Source: Oscillospiraceae bacterium
GTDB taxonomy: Bacteria > Bacillota > Clostridia > Oscillospirales > Ruminococcaceae
Direction of reading: 5' to 3'
DNA length: 64,000 nt
NCBI GenBank assembly: GCA_021769525.1
Contig: JAETSQ010000003.1
Coordinates: 36,151 to 100,150 of the forward strand
In this document: in pieces, positions 43,536-53,104 of the stretch
Numbering within the stretch: position 1 is the stretch's first letter
Layout of the letters: each line of letters starts with the position of its first letter
Notes under the pieces: model-generated
Databases searched by the model: none
What the model was told of the DNA's origin: nothing
What the model saw: only the letters and a program-made list of their open reading frames with translations
Made by a program: the position numbers and the translations under genes

Positions 43536-44240
43536 GTGAAGGATTTGGCTGCGAAGCTGGGAGCGATTTTTGTTTTTGGCATCGCCTTCGCAGTGATGCT
43601 GGCGGGAGTGGGGGCGGGCTTTTGGCTGCTGGTGAAGCTGGTGTCCGCCCTGGGGCGGCTGCGCCTGTCCCCGGAGGAACGGGAGAGGCAGGCGGCCGCC
43701 GCCCGGCATCCCTTTGCCAGGGTCTCGCTGCGGGGCAAGGAGGCCTGGCTGGTCTGCTGCCTGGAGCAGGCCCTAATTGCCTGCGGCCTGGACGCCGAAG
43801 AGGATGAGCCGGGGAGCTGGCACCCTATCCTGGCCCTGCTGTGGGAGTTCCCGGAGCTGCCGGAGGAGGAGATGGAGGACTGGCTGGACCGGACCGCGGA
43901 CATCCTCCCCAGCACCGTCCTCTTCTGCGGACCCGGAGGGCCTGGGGAGCTGTCCCAGGGGGAGAGGGAGCGGTTTGCAGCCGCCTCTGCCCTCTACAGT
44001 CAGGCCGGGGCGAAAATGGCCCTGCTGGGGCCTCTGGCGGAGCTGCCGGTCCGCCTGGTGCGGGAAAACCGGGAGGCCCCCCGTTTCCGCCCGGAGCTGG
44101 CCCTGGCCCTCCTGGATGAGGCGGGGGAACTGCTGGAGAGCTACGGCGTCCCCCAGCCCCCGGCGGATGTCCGGGACTTCCTGCTGGGCCGGCGCTCTCC
44201 CGGCATGGGGGAGCGTTTTGTGGGGCGGCAGTGCTCTTAA
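43536..44240 (+). CDS. Hypothetical membrane-anchored protein
   Basis: GTG after SD ggga; N-terminal TM; in operon orientation; host-like codon usage. Confidence 0.6.
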   Translation: MKDLAAKLGAIFVFGIAFAVMLAGVGAGFWLLVKLVSALGRLRLSPEERERQAAAARHPFARVSLRGKEAWLVCCLEQALIACGLDAEEDEPGSWHPILALLWEFPELPEEEMEDWLDRTADILPSTVLFCGPGGPGELSQGERERFAAASALYSQAGAKMALLGPLAELPVRLVRENREAPRFRPELALALLDEAGELLESYGVPQPPADVRDFLLGRRSPGMGERFVGRQCS

Positions 44241-44339
44241 GGATTTGTGGGGCGGTGAATCGCCCTCATCCCCCTGTTCTTTTCCCGCGGGATATGCTAT
44301 ACTAGACCCGTAACTACTACGAAACGAGAGGGAAGCGCC

Positions 44340-46256
44340 TTGCAGATCGCACTGGAAAACATCGGGAAGTCCTTTGGCAGCGACCTTATCTTCCGGGAGG
44401 TCACCGCCCGCATCGAGGACCGGGACCGCATCGGCCTGGTGGGCATCAACGGGGCGGGGAAGACCACCCTGCTGAACATCATCACCGGGGATCTGGCGCC
44501 GGACGAGGGGACGGTGACCAGGGGAAGCGGCCTTTCCATCGGCTACCAGCGGCAGAACGCCGGCCTCCAGAAGGGGAACACCATCCTGGCGGAGATGCGC
44601 TCCGTCTTCGCCGATGTCTACGAGCTGGAAGAGAAGATGCGGGAAACGGCGGAAAAAATGTCGGCGGAGCCGAAGAATACCGCCCTGGGGGATCGTTATA
44701 GAGAATTGGAGGACCGCTTCCTGGCGCGGGACGGCTACCAGACCCAGGTGAAGATCAATACCGTCCTCACCGGCATGGGCTTTGCGGAGCACGGCTTTGA
44801 TAAGCAGATCGACAAGCTCAGCGGCGGGGAGCAGACCCGCCTCGCCATCGCCAAGCTCCTGCTGGAGCAGCCCAGCCTCCTCATCCTGGATGAGCCCACC
44901 AACCACCTGGATTTTAAGACCCTGGGCTGGCTGGAGGAATACCTGGGCTCCTACAAGGGGGCGCTGCTGGTGGTCTCCCACGACCGGTACTTTCTGGACC
45001 GCCTCTGCGGCAAGATCTGGGAGATGGAGTACGGGGAGCTGACCGTTTTTCCGGGGAACTACACCCGGTACACCCAGCTGCGGGACGAGCGCAACGCCCG
45101 GCAGCAGAAGCTCTACGAGGCCCAGCAAGCGGAGATCGCAAAGCTCCAGGAGTATGTGGATAAAAACCTGGTGCGGGCCTCCACCACCAAGATGGCCCAG
45201 AGCCGCCGCCGGATGATCCAGCGGCTGGAGGAGGAGCCCGCCGAAAAGCCCAAGGCCCGGATGAAGCCCCCCATCATCCACCTGAACGAATACGCCGCCG
45301 AGCCGGTGAAGGATGTCCTGCTGGCGGAGGACCTGACCGTGGCAGTGGGGGAGGGGGAAAAGCGCCGGGTCCTCCTCAGCGGGGTGGAGCTGGCGGTGCA
45401 GCGGGGGGATAAGATCGCTATTATCGGCGGCAACGGCACCGGCAAGAGCACCCTCTTAAAGTGCCTGCTGGGCAGGCACCCGGTGAATCCGGAGGCCCGC
45501 ATCACCTGGGGCCGGGGGGTGCGCAGCTCCTACTACGACCAGGGGAGCAACCACCTGGACGGCAGCCTCACCGTGCTGGATACCCTGTGGGAGGCCTACC
45601 CCCGCAGCTACGAGACCCCCCTGCGGAATATGCTGGGGGCCATGGGCCTCAAGGGGGAGGATGTCTTCAAGCGGGTGAGCCAGCTTTCCGGCGGGGAAAA
45701 GGCCCGGCTGAAGCTGGCCGTCATCTGCCTTGCAAAGTCCAACCTGCTGATCCTGGACGAGCCCACCAACCACCTGGACCTGGCCACCAAGGAGGTACTG
45801 GAACAGGCCCTTTCGGAGTTTACCGGCACCCTCATCATGGTCTCCCACGACCGGTATCTGCTGGACCGCATCCCCACCCGCGTCATCGAGCTGGAGGGGG
45901 GAACGCTGCACCAGTACAAGGGCCGGTACAGCGATTACCTCCGCCAGGCGGCGGGCAAGCCGGAGCCTGCGTCCAAAAAGGCGGAGGCGGGGGAAGCCCC
46001 GAAGCCCGCCCAGACCGGCTACGCCAAAGGCAAGGAGCAGCGCCGGGCCGACGCCCAGAGGCGCAAGGAATACGCCGAGGCAGAAAAGCTCGTCACCCAG
46101 CTGGAGCGGGAGGTGTGGCAGCTGGAGCAGCAGATCGCCTCCCCGGAGGCGGCAGCGGATTACCTGCTGCTCCAGGACCTCTGCGCCCAGGTGGAGGAAA
46201 AGCGGGACGCCCTCAGTAAGGCGGAGAACCGCTGGCTGGAGCTCTCCGAGGAATAG
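44340..46256 (+). CDS. ABC-F family ATP-binding protein
   Basis: Two ATPase cassettes (GINGAGKTT/LSGGEQ/LDEPTNHLD; GGNGTGKST/LSGGEK), no TM, C-terminal coiled coil. Confidence 0.93.
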   Translation: MQIALENIGKSFGSDLIFREVTARIEDRDRIGLVGINGAGKTTLLNIITGDLAPDEGTVTRGSGLSIGYQRQNAGLQKGNTILAEMRSVFADVYELEEKMRETAEKMSAEPKNTALGDRYRELEDRFLARDGYQTQVKINTVLTGMGFAEHGFDKQIDKLSGGEQTRLAIAKLLLEQPSLLILDEPTNHLDFKTLGWLEEYLGSYKGALLVVSHDRYFLDRLCGKIWEMEYGELTVFPGNYTRYTQLRDERNARQQKLYEAQQAEIAKLQEYVDKNLVRASTTKMAQSRRRMIQRLEEEPAEKPKARMKPPIIHLNEYAAEPVKDVLLAEDLTVAVGEGEKRRVLLSGVELAVQRGDKIAIIGGNGTGKSTLLKCLLGRHPVNPEARITWGRGVRSSYYDQGSNHLDGSLTVLDTLWEAYPRSYETPLRNMLGAMGLKGEDVFKRVSQLSGGEKARLKLAVICLAKSNLLILDEPTNHLDLATKEVLEQALSEFTGTLIMVSHDRYLLDRIPTRVIELEGGTLHQYKGRYSDYLRQAAGKPEPASKKAEAGEAPKPAQTGYAKGKEQRRADAQRRKEYAEAEKLVTQLEREVWQLEQQIASPEAAADYLLLQDLCAQVEEKRDALSKAENRWLELSEE

Positions 46257-46286
46257 GCACTGGAAACCGGAATCGGGGAAAGGAGA

Positions 46287-46754
46287 GTGGGAAAGGTGCA
46301 AAGGAAAAAGCTCTGTGCCGCAGCGGTTTTGGCGGTGCTGCTGGCCGGTCTGATCCTCTACCTTCTGCCAAGGCCCTTATCGGATCTCTTGGGGGAAAGC
46401 AGCCGGATCGATACCGTAAGAACCTATGAATTTGAAATCCGGGAGGGCCAGCCGTTTATCGATTCCGCCACCTACCCGGAGCTCACAGAGGAGCAGAAAG
46501 CCCGCGTTTTTGCCCTGTGCCGCCAGTACTCCTACCGGAGGACCCTTGGCACACCCTTCTCGGACGGCTCCATCTCCGGGCTGGGGAACAGGCTGCTGGA
46601 TATTTTTGTGACCGGCGGGGATGCGGCCCCGCAATCGGTTACGGTATCCTCAACCGGAAAGCTCGCCATCGCGAACAGGGTATATAAAATGAACCACGCG
46701 GAGCGGTTTTTGGAGCAAATGGAGGAGGTCCTGGGGGAACCGCCCTCCGCGTAG
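46287..46754 (+). CDS. Hypothetical secreted/membrane-anchored protein
   Basis: N-terminal hydrophobic segment (AAAVLAVLLAGLILYLLPRP). Start uncertain (46287 or 46296). Confidence 0.6.
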   Translation: MGKVQRKKLCAAAVLAVLLAGLILYLLPRPLSDLLGESSRIDTVRTYEFEIREGQPFIDSATYPELTEEQKARVFALCRQYSYRRTLGTPFSDGSISGLGNRLLDIFVTGGDAAPQSVTVSSTGKLAIANRVYKMNHAERFLEQMEEVLGEPPSA

Positions 46755-46790
46755 GGCGCGCAAACTGGAAGTTAAGGAGATGAGCCATAG

Positions 46791-47969
46791 TTGAAGAAGA
46801 TCGATTGGAACAACAAGTATACCACCATCGCCGTTTATGTCTTTCTGGTGGTGGCGGCCTGCCTGCTTTTCGGGGCGGCGGTGGATCAGTTTGATGTGAT
46901 CTGGATGTGGATCCGCAAGATCATCGGGTTTTTGTTTCCCTTTATCTATGGCTTTGTGCTGGCCTATATCCTCTCCCCCCTGGTGCGGCGGATGGAGACC
47001 CCCCTCCGCAAAAGCGGCCGCCTTTCCCCCAAGGCCTGCCGGGGGCTGGCGATGGCGGGGAGCTACCTGCTGGTGGCGGCAGCCCTGAGCGCCTTCGGGA
47101 TGGTGGTGCTGCCGGTGCTGGTGGAAAGCGCCGCCCAGCTGGTGGGGAACGTCCGGTTCTACACCGAGCGCCTCAACGAGCTGGTGAACCAGCTCATCAC
47201 CTACATCCCCGATGAGACCATCTCCAAAGAGGTGCAGACCGCCCTCACCCAGGTCTTTAACCTTCTGTATGACTTCATCGCCAACTTCCTCACCCAGGTG
47301 GTGTCCATCGCCACCAGGGTGGCCAGCTCGGTCATCGAGGTGGTGATGGGCGTCATCATCTCGGTCTATATGCTCACGGATAAGGAAAAGCTCATCGCCC
47401 AGTTAAAGAAGATACTCTCCGCCTTCCTGCCGGGGCGGGTGATGGACGAGGTGCTGCGGGTGGCCCACGACAGCAACCAGAAGTTCAGCGGCTTCATCAC
47501 CGGCAAGATCATCGATTCCACCATCATCGGCATCATCTGCGCGGTGGGGATGCTGCTCTTCAAGATGCCCTTTGTGGCCCTGGTGAGCCTCATCGTGGGC
47601 ATCACCAACGTCATCCCCTACTTCGGGCCCATCATCGGGGCGGTGCCGGGGGTGATCTTGGTCCTCATCGGCGGGGATCTCACCCAGGCCATCCTCTTCG
47701 GGGTCTTTATCCTGGGGCTCCAGCAGTTTGACGGCAACATCCTGGGCCCCGCCATCCTGGGGCAGTCCACCGGGCTTTCCGCCATGTGGGTGGTGTTCGC
47801 CATCCTCCTCTTCGGCGGGCTGTACGGCTTTGTGGGGATGCTCATCGGGGTGCCCCTGCTGGCGGTGATCTTCGGGGTGCTGCGGAGCATCGTCAATGCG
47901 CTGCTGCGCCGCAAGGGGATGTCCACCGACGCGCGGGACTACGCCTCCGACCAGCACCCCATCCCGTAG
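46791..47969 (+). CDS. AI-2E (PerM) family transporter
   Basis: TTG start. LAYILSPLV, GITNVIPYFGPIIG, QQFDGNILGP, GMLIGVPL. Confidence 0.9.
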   Translation: MKKIDWNNKYTTIAVYVFLVVAACLLFGAAVDQFDVIWMWIRKIIGFLFPFIYGFVLAYILSPLVRRMETPLRKSGRLSPKACRGLAMAGSYLLVAAALSAFGMVVLPVLVESAAQLVGNVRFYTERLNELVNQLITYIPDETISKEVQTALTQVFNLLYDFIANFLTQVVSIATRVASSVIEVVMGVIISVYMLTDKEKLIAQLKKILSAFLPGRVMDEVLRVAHDSNQKFSGFITGKIIDSTIIGIICAVGMLLFKMPFVALVSLIVGITNVIPYFGPIIGAVPGVILVLIGGDLTQAILFGVFILGLQQFDGNILGPAILGQSTGLSAMWVVFAILLFGGLYGFVGMLIGVPLLAVIFGVLRSIVNALLRRKGMSTDARDYASDQHPIP

Positions 47970-47973
47970 CGGT

Positions 47974-50037
47974 ATGGATATTCCCCGCTATCTGCGGCAG
48001 AGCCGCGGCATCACCCTTTCGGACCAGCAGAGGGCGGCGGTGGAGGCGGCTTTTGGCGATGTCCTCCTCCTGGCGGTGCCGGGGGCGGGGAAGACCACCG
48101 TCCTCACGGCGCGCATCGCGAACCTGATGGCGAACCACAACGCGGACCCCCGCAGGATCCTCACCCTCACCTTCAGCCGGGAAGGGGCCAGGGACATGGC
48201 CCGGAGGTGGGAGCGGCTCTTTGGGGGTCTGTTTCCCTGCGCGCCGGCCTTTTCCACCATCCACAGCTTCTGCCTGCGGCTGCTGGAGGAATACGCGGCG
48301 GGGCGGGGGAGCCGCCTCCCGGAGCTGCTGGAAGGCGGGGAGAGCCGGGGTGGAAAGGAAAGGCTCCTGGGGGAGGTGTACCGGGAGGTCACCGGGGAGT
48401 ACGCCTCGGACGAGGTCTTGAGCCGGGCGGCCGCCGCCGTGGGCTACTGCGTCAATATGCGCCTCACCGGCCGGGAGGAGGAGGGCCTGCCGGAGGGGGT
48501 CCCCCACCTGGACCGGCTGCTGGAGCGGTACACCGCCCGCAAGCGGGAGCGGGGACTGATGGACTTTGACGATATGCTCCTCTTTGCCGATACCGCCCTG
48601 GAGCGGAGCGCCGTCCTCCGGGAGCGGGCCGCCGGGCGGTACGACTACATCCTGGTGGACGAGGCCCAGGATACCTCCCGCCTCCAGCACAGCATCCTGC
48701 ACAGGCTGGAGCGGGGGAACCTCTTCCTGGTGGGGGACGAGGACCAGAGCATCTACGGCTTCCGGGGGGCCTGGCCCCAGGGACTGCTGCGGTTCTCCCA
48801 GGACCGCCCCCAGGGGCGGCTGCTGAAGCTGGAAGAAAACTACCGCAGCACCGGCGCGGTGGTGGCCGCCGCCGGCCGCCTCATCGCCCAGAACCGCCAG
48901 CGGTACCCCAAGGCGGCGTTTACCCGCCGGCCACAAGGGGAGCCGGTGGGCATCCTCCGGGAGCTGGACCACGGGGAGGAGTACGGCCGCATCGCGGACC
49001 TGCTGGAACAGATGCCGCCGGAGCGCACCTGCGCCGTCCTCTACCGCACCGGCTACACCGGCATCGGCCTGGGGTGGACGCTGCGCCGCCGGGGCATCCC
49101 CTTCTTCTCGCGGGAGAGCCGCCTGGGCTACCGGTCCGATACCATCACGCGGGAGGTGACGAACCTCATCCGCCTGGCCCAGGACCCAGGGGACGAAGAG
49201 GCCTTCCGCCGCAGTTGGTTCCTCCTCCCCTGCCGCATCCCCAAGGCGGCGGCGGAGCGGGCCCTGGCTGTCCATCCGAGGGACCTCCTCCGGGAGGTGC
49301 TGGAGGAGGAGTTCACCCAGCGAAACAGCGGCCGCATCCTTTGGGTCCGCCGGGTGCTGGCCGGGATGGCAAAGGAGCCGCCCCTGGGGCAGCTGGAGAC
49401 CATCCTGGGGGAGCTGGAGTACCTCCGGGCGCTGGACCGCCGCTGCCAGAACAATTACGACCGGGGCAGCTATCTCCAGAAGCTCTCGGTGCTGCGGGAC
49501 TTCGCGGCGGCCGCCCCGGATACCGCCGCCTTCCTGGAGAGCCTCCGGGAGGCGGAGCGGGTGCTGGACAGCCCCCAGCGGAGGAACATCATCCTTTCGT
49601 CGGTCCACTCCGCCAAGGGGCAGGAGTTCGACGAGGTCATCATCGCCGACGCCATCGAGGGGGTGTTCCCCATGGCGGACGCCCTCAGCTTCCGGGCCGC
49701 CGGGGACACAAGGCCCCTGGAGGAGGAGCGGAGGCTCTTCTACACCGCCATGACCAGGGCGCGGGACCGCCTCACTATCTTTGCCCCCTCCGGCTGCCTG
49801 GGCCAGCCGCTGCTGCCCTCCCGCTTCCTGTACAGCGCCGGCGGCGGGGAGGCGCCGGAGCTGGACGGCGTGCCCCTGGTCCCCGGCCTGCGGGTGGCCC
49901 ACGCCTTCTACGGGGTAGGGGTGCTGGAGCGGGCGGATACGGTCCGGGGAGAGGTGGTGGTGGACTTCCGCCGCCAGGGAAAGAAACGGTTCACCCTGGA
50001 GGAGCTGCGCAACCCCATGGTGTTCCGGCTGTATTAG
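47974..50037 (+). CDS. UvrD/PcrA-like (YjcD-type) ATP-dependent helicase
   Basis: AVPGAGKTT, DEAQD, VGDEDQSIYGFRGA, NYRST, SVHSAKGQEF, EERRLFYTAMTRAR; Tudor-like C-terminus. Confidence 0.9.
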   Translation: MDIPRYLRQSRGITLSDQQRAAVEAAFGDVLLLAVPGAGKTTVLTARIANLMANHNADPRRILTLTFSREGARDMARRWERLFGGLFPCAPAFSTIHSFCLRLLEEYAAGRGSRLPELLEGGESRGGKERLLGEVYREVTGEYASDEVLSRAAAAVGYCVNMRLTGREEEGLPEGVPHLDRLLERYTARKRERGLMDFDDMLLFADTALERSAVLRERAAGRYDYILVDEAQDTSRLQHSILHRLERGNLFLVGDEDQSIYGFRGAWPQGLLRFSQDRPQGRLLKLEENYRSTGAVVAAAGRLIAQNRQRYPKAAFTRRPQGEPVGILRELDHGEEYGRIADLLEQMPPERTCAVLYRTGYTGIGLGWTLRRRGIPFFSRESRLGYRSDTITREVTNLIRLAQDPGDEEAFRRSWFLLPCRIPKAAAERALAVHPRDLLREVLEEEFTQRNSGRILWVRRVLAGMAKEPPLGQLETILGELEYLRALDRRCQNNYDRGSYLQKLSVLRDFAAAAPDTAAFLESLREAERVLDSPQRRNIILSSVHSAKGQEFDEVIIADAIEGVFPMADALSFRAAGDTRPLEEERRLFYTAMTRARDRLTIFAPSGCLGQPLLPSRFLYSAGGGEAPELDGVPLVPGLRVAHAFYGVGVLERADTVRGEVVVDFRRQGKKRFTLEELRNPMVFRLY

Positions 50038-50154
50038 GGCAAAAATTTTTTCCGGGGGATTGACAAATTCCTGTCTTGCCGGAATAATTAGAAGGGAGAA
50101 AGGGGCCTGCTCGGCGTTCGGGCGGGCTGTCCCCCCCAGGAAGGAGAAAAGCAT

Positions 50155-51666
50155 ATGCGTGGGATGCAAACATCTGTACAGGACATCCGCCGCCGGATCT
50201 TTACCGAGGTGGCGAGAATGGGATACGAGGGAGGGGACTACTCCCGCATCGAGGAACTGCCCTATAAGATCGTCCCTGGGGAGGTGGCCCAGTACCGGGA
50301 GTCCATCTTCCTGGAGCGGGCCATCGTGGGGGAACGGCTGCGCCTTGCCATGGGCCTGCCCCTGCGCCCCATGGACGAGCACGCCCCCCTTTCCATGGGG
50401 GTGAACGAGAGCGCCATCGCGGAGAAGTACTACGATCCGCCCCTCATCAACCTTATCAAGTTCGCCTGCCACGGCTGCCCGGAAAAGCAGTACCGGGTCA
50501 CCGACTGCTGCCAGGGGTGCCTGGCTCACCCTTGCAGTGAGAGCTGCCCCAAGGACGCCATCACCGTCCATAAGAACGGCCAGTCGGTCATCGATCCGGA
50601 AAAGTGCATCCGCTGCGGCCGGTGCGCCGCCGCCTGCCCCTACGGGGCCATCATCAAGCTGGAGCGCCCCTGCGCCGCCGCCTGCGGCATGGACGCCATC
50701 GGCACCGACGAGCAGGGGAAGGCCTCCATCGACCAGGATAAGTGCGTCTCCTGCGGGATGTGCCTGGTGAACTGCCCCTTCGGCGCCATCTCGGATAAGG
50801 GGCAGATCTTCCAGCTCATCCAGTCCATCAAGCGGGGGGACCGGGTCATCGCCATCGTGGCCCCCGCCTTCATCGGGCAGTTCGGCCCCGCCCTCCCGCC
50901 GGAAAAATTCGAGGCCGCCATGAAGCAGCTGGGCTTTGACCAGGTGGTGGAAGTGGCGGTGGGCGCCGACCTCTGCACCATCGAGGAGGCCAAGGACTTC
51001 CTGCGGGCGGTGCCGGCGGAGCAGCCCTTTATGGCCACCTCCTGCTGCCCCTCCTGGTCGGTGATGGCGAAGAAGCTCTTCCCCACCATCTCCCACTGTA
51101 TCTCCATGGCCATGACCCCCATGGTCCTCACCGCCCGCCTCCAGAAGAAGGAGCACAAGGGCTGCAAGATCGCCTTCATCGGTCCCTGCGCCTCCAAGAA
51201 GCTGGAGGCCAGCCGCCGCACCATCCGCAGCGACGTGGACTTTGTCCTCACCTTTGAGGAGCTGATGGGGATGTTTGAGGCCAAGGAGGTGGATTTCAGC
51301 CTCATCACCGAGGAGAAGCCCATGGAGGAGGGCACCGGCGCGGGCCGGGGCTTCGCCGTGGGCGGCGGCGTCGCCAAGGCGGTGGCCGATGTCATCCGGG
51401 AGATGGATCCGGAGCGGGAGGTGAAGATCGCCAGCGCCCAGGGCCTGGCGGAATGCAAAAAGCTGCTGGCGATGGCTAAAGCCGGCAAATACAACGGCTA
51501 CCTCCTGGAGGGGATGGCCTGCCCCGGCGGATGCGTGGCCGGAGCCGGGACCCTCCAGCCCATCAACAAATCCTCCGCCACGGTGATCCAGTACGCCAAG
51601 AGCGCCAAGCTCCAAAGGGCCAGCGAATCCAAGTACGACATCACCCTGAGCCTCCTGAGCGACTGA
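50155..51666 (+). CDS. Monomeric [FeFe]-hydrogenase (group B-like) with ferredoxin domains
   Basis: H-cluster motifs TSCCPSW, GPCASKKLEA, EGMACPGGCVAG; several CxxCxxCxxxCP motifs. Confidence 0.88.
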   Translation: MRGMQTSVQDIRRRIFTEVARMGYEGGDYSRIEELPYKIVPGEVAQYRESIFLERAIVGERLRLAMGLPLRPMDEHAPLSMGVNESAIAEKYYDPPLINLIKFACHGCPEKQYRVTDCCQGCLAHPCSESCPKDAITVHKNGQSVIDPEKCIRCGRCAAACPYGAIIKLERPCAAACGMDAIGTDEQGKASIDQDKCVSCGMCLVNCPFGAISDKGQIFQLIQSIKRGDRVIAIVAPAFIGQFGPALPPEKFEAAMKQLGFDQVVEVAVGADLCTIEEAKDFLRAVPAEQPFMATSCCPSWSVMAKKLFPTISHCISMAMTPMVLTARLQKKEHKGCKIAFIGPCASKKLEASRRTIRSDVDFVLTFEELMGMFEAKEVDFSLITEEKPMEEGTGAGRGFAVGGGVAKAVADVIREMDPEREVKIASAQGLAECKKLLAMAKAGKYNGYLLEGMACPGGCVAGAGTLQPINKSSATVIQYAKSAKLQRASESKYDITLSLLSD

Positions 51667-51804
51667 CCGGCGGAGCGGGAAAATTTTTTGGCGGGGGCGT
51701 GAAGTAATTTCCTTCCCTTTATCGTACTTATAGGCAGAAGGGAAAGACCAAAAGGTTCTATTTGCCGAAAGGTACGGTTCTCACAGGAATGGAGGGACTC
51801 CCCC

Positions 51805-52371
51805 ATGCGGGATATTTACATCGTCACCAGCCAAACGGGGACAAGGTTTTCCCGGTTTCTGCATATCTTCAACCGCGCCCCCTATAACCACGCCTCCATC
51901 GCCCTGGACGGGGAGCTGGGGGAGCTCTACAGTTTTGGCCGGCAGTGCCTTTGGATGCCCATTGCCAGCGGCTTTGTGCGGGAGGCTCCGGGCCGGGGCA
52001 TCTACCGCCGCTACCAGGACACCCAGTGTGCCGTCTACCGGGTGCGGGTGAGCGGGGAGCAGTACCGCCGCCTGGAGGAGGCCATCCGCCGCTTTGAGGA
52101 GGAAGAGTGGGCCTACCGGTACAATTTCCTGGGGCTCCTTACCATGATGGCAGGCATCCCCTTCCGCCGCCGGCATCACTTTGTCTGCTCCCAGTTTGTG
52201 GCCTATGTGCTGTGGGAGAGCGGCATCTGGACCCTGGAGAAGGACATCTCCCTGGCCCGTCCCCAGGACTTTGCCCTCCTTCCCGGCGCCCGGCTGGTTT
52301 ACCAGGGCCGCCTCAATGACTGCGGGGACCTCCGCCCCCGGCTGCTGCCTCTGCCAAAGATCCCGGCGTAG
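51805..52371 (+). CDS. Permuted papain-like (NlpC/P60, YiiX-like) hypothetical protein
   Basis: His (YNHASIAL) precedes Cys (FVCSQFVA), as in permuted NlpC/P60 enzymes. Confidence 0.65.
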   Translation: MRDIYIVTSQTGTRFSRFLHIFNRAPYNHASIALDGELGELYSFGRQCLWMPIASGFVREAPGRGIYRRYQDTQCAVYRVRVSGEQYRRLEEAIRRFEEEEWAYRYNFLGLLTMMAGIPFRRRHHFVCSQFVAYVLWESGIWTLEKDISLARPQDFALLPGARLVYQGRLNDCGDLRPRLLPLPKIPA

Positions 52372-52516
52372 AGGGGGGAGCGGCCGAATGGAATAGATTA
52401 AGATACACTAGATGATAAGAGATATTTGAAGTAGAGATCGTGCTGCTACACACCCTTCGGGTCAAAAGAAATGCGGGAAGGGGCACACCCGCCAAATATC
52501 TCTTGTTTTTTGAGCA

Positions 52517-52558
52517 ATGAAAAAGCATCGCACTGAAAATGCACGGTGCTTTTTTCAT
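52517..52558. terminator. Bidirectional terminator-like hairpin
   Basis: atgaaaaagca...tgcttttttcat. Confidence 0.65.
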
Positions 52559-52571
52559 ACACAGATTACCG

Positions 52572-52782
52572 CCCGCCGCAGCGGCCCACCAAATAGAAGG
52601 ACCAGTCCGTAGACTGGTCCTTCTATTTGTCTTGTCCCAAGACTTTAGATGTTTTGCGGCTTTAAGATTATGGCAGCCGTTTTCCCTGAAGCGGGGGAAA
52701 AAGTGTGAAAAGGGGGGGCCGAAAGGCCCCTCTTTTCGCGTAGAGCGAAGCGGATAACCCCGCCGCAGCGGCCCACCAAATA
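52572..52782 (+). repeat. Two identical 24-bp direct repeats carrying a tRNA 3'-end copy, each followed by a hairpin
   Basis: cccgccgcagcggcccaccaaata at 52572-52595 and 52759-52782. Confidence 0.85.
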
Positions 52783-52813
52783 AAAAAGGACCGGAAACCG
52801 GTCCTCTTTTATT

Positions 52814-52889
52814 TGGTGGGCGGTAAGGGACTTGAACCCCTGACCCCCTGCACGTCAAGCAGGTGCTCTTCCAGCTGAGCTAACCGCCC
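52814..52889 (-). tRNA. tRNA-Val (GAC)
   Basis: GGGCGGTTAGCTCAGCTGGAAGAGCACCTGCTTGACGTGCAGGGGGTCAGGGGTTCAAGTCCCTTACCGCCCACCA; cloverleaf with GAC anticodon and encoded CCA. Confidence 0.97.
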
Positions 52890-53104
52890 GTTTCCCTGCC
52901 TGTCACTGCTGACAGCTTTTATATTATACATGACGAAAAATAAAAAATCAAGCCCTATTTTTTATTTTCGCCTCCTCCTGTGGATATTTTATAAATGCCA
53001 AGAATAATCCTTGTAAAATACTGACAAAGGAGGAGCCTTGTGCTATAATAAAATAGATTATGGCCTCCCCTGCGCGGGCCGGGCCGGGAAGGAGGCGGCG
53101 GACC

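Noticed and set aside
40443-43709. 1088-aa minus-strand ORF, and similar long antisense ORFs (47893-51615, 31825-34314, 53259-55640, 19831-21648, 1939-3489)
   Set aside because: They lie antisense to clearly identifiable genes, have G/P/R-rich junk composition and no motifs; these are shadow ORFs caused by GC-rich codon bias.
52371-52813. Prophage/ICE attachment site at tRNA-Val
   Set aside because: No integrase, and no direct repeat of the tRNA 3' end; the copies are inverted.
52313-52858. 181-aa minus-strand ORF and 52539-52757 plus-strand ORF
   Set aside because: They run through the tRNA end and palindromes, with no SD or coding-like composition.
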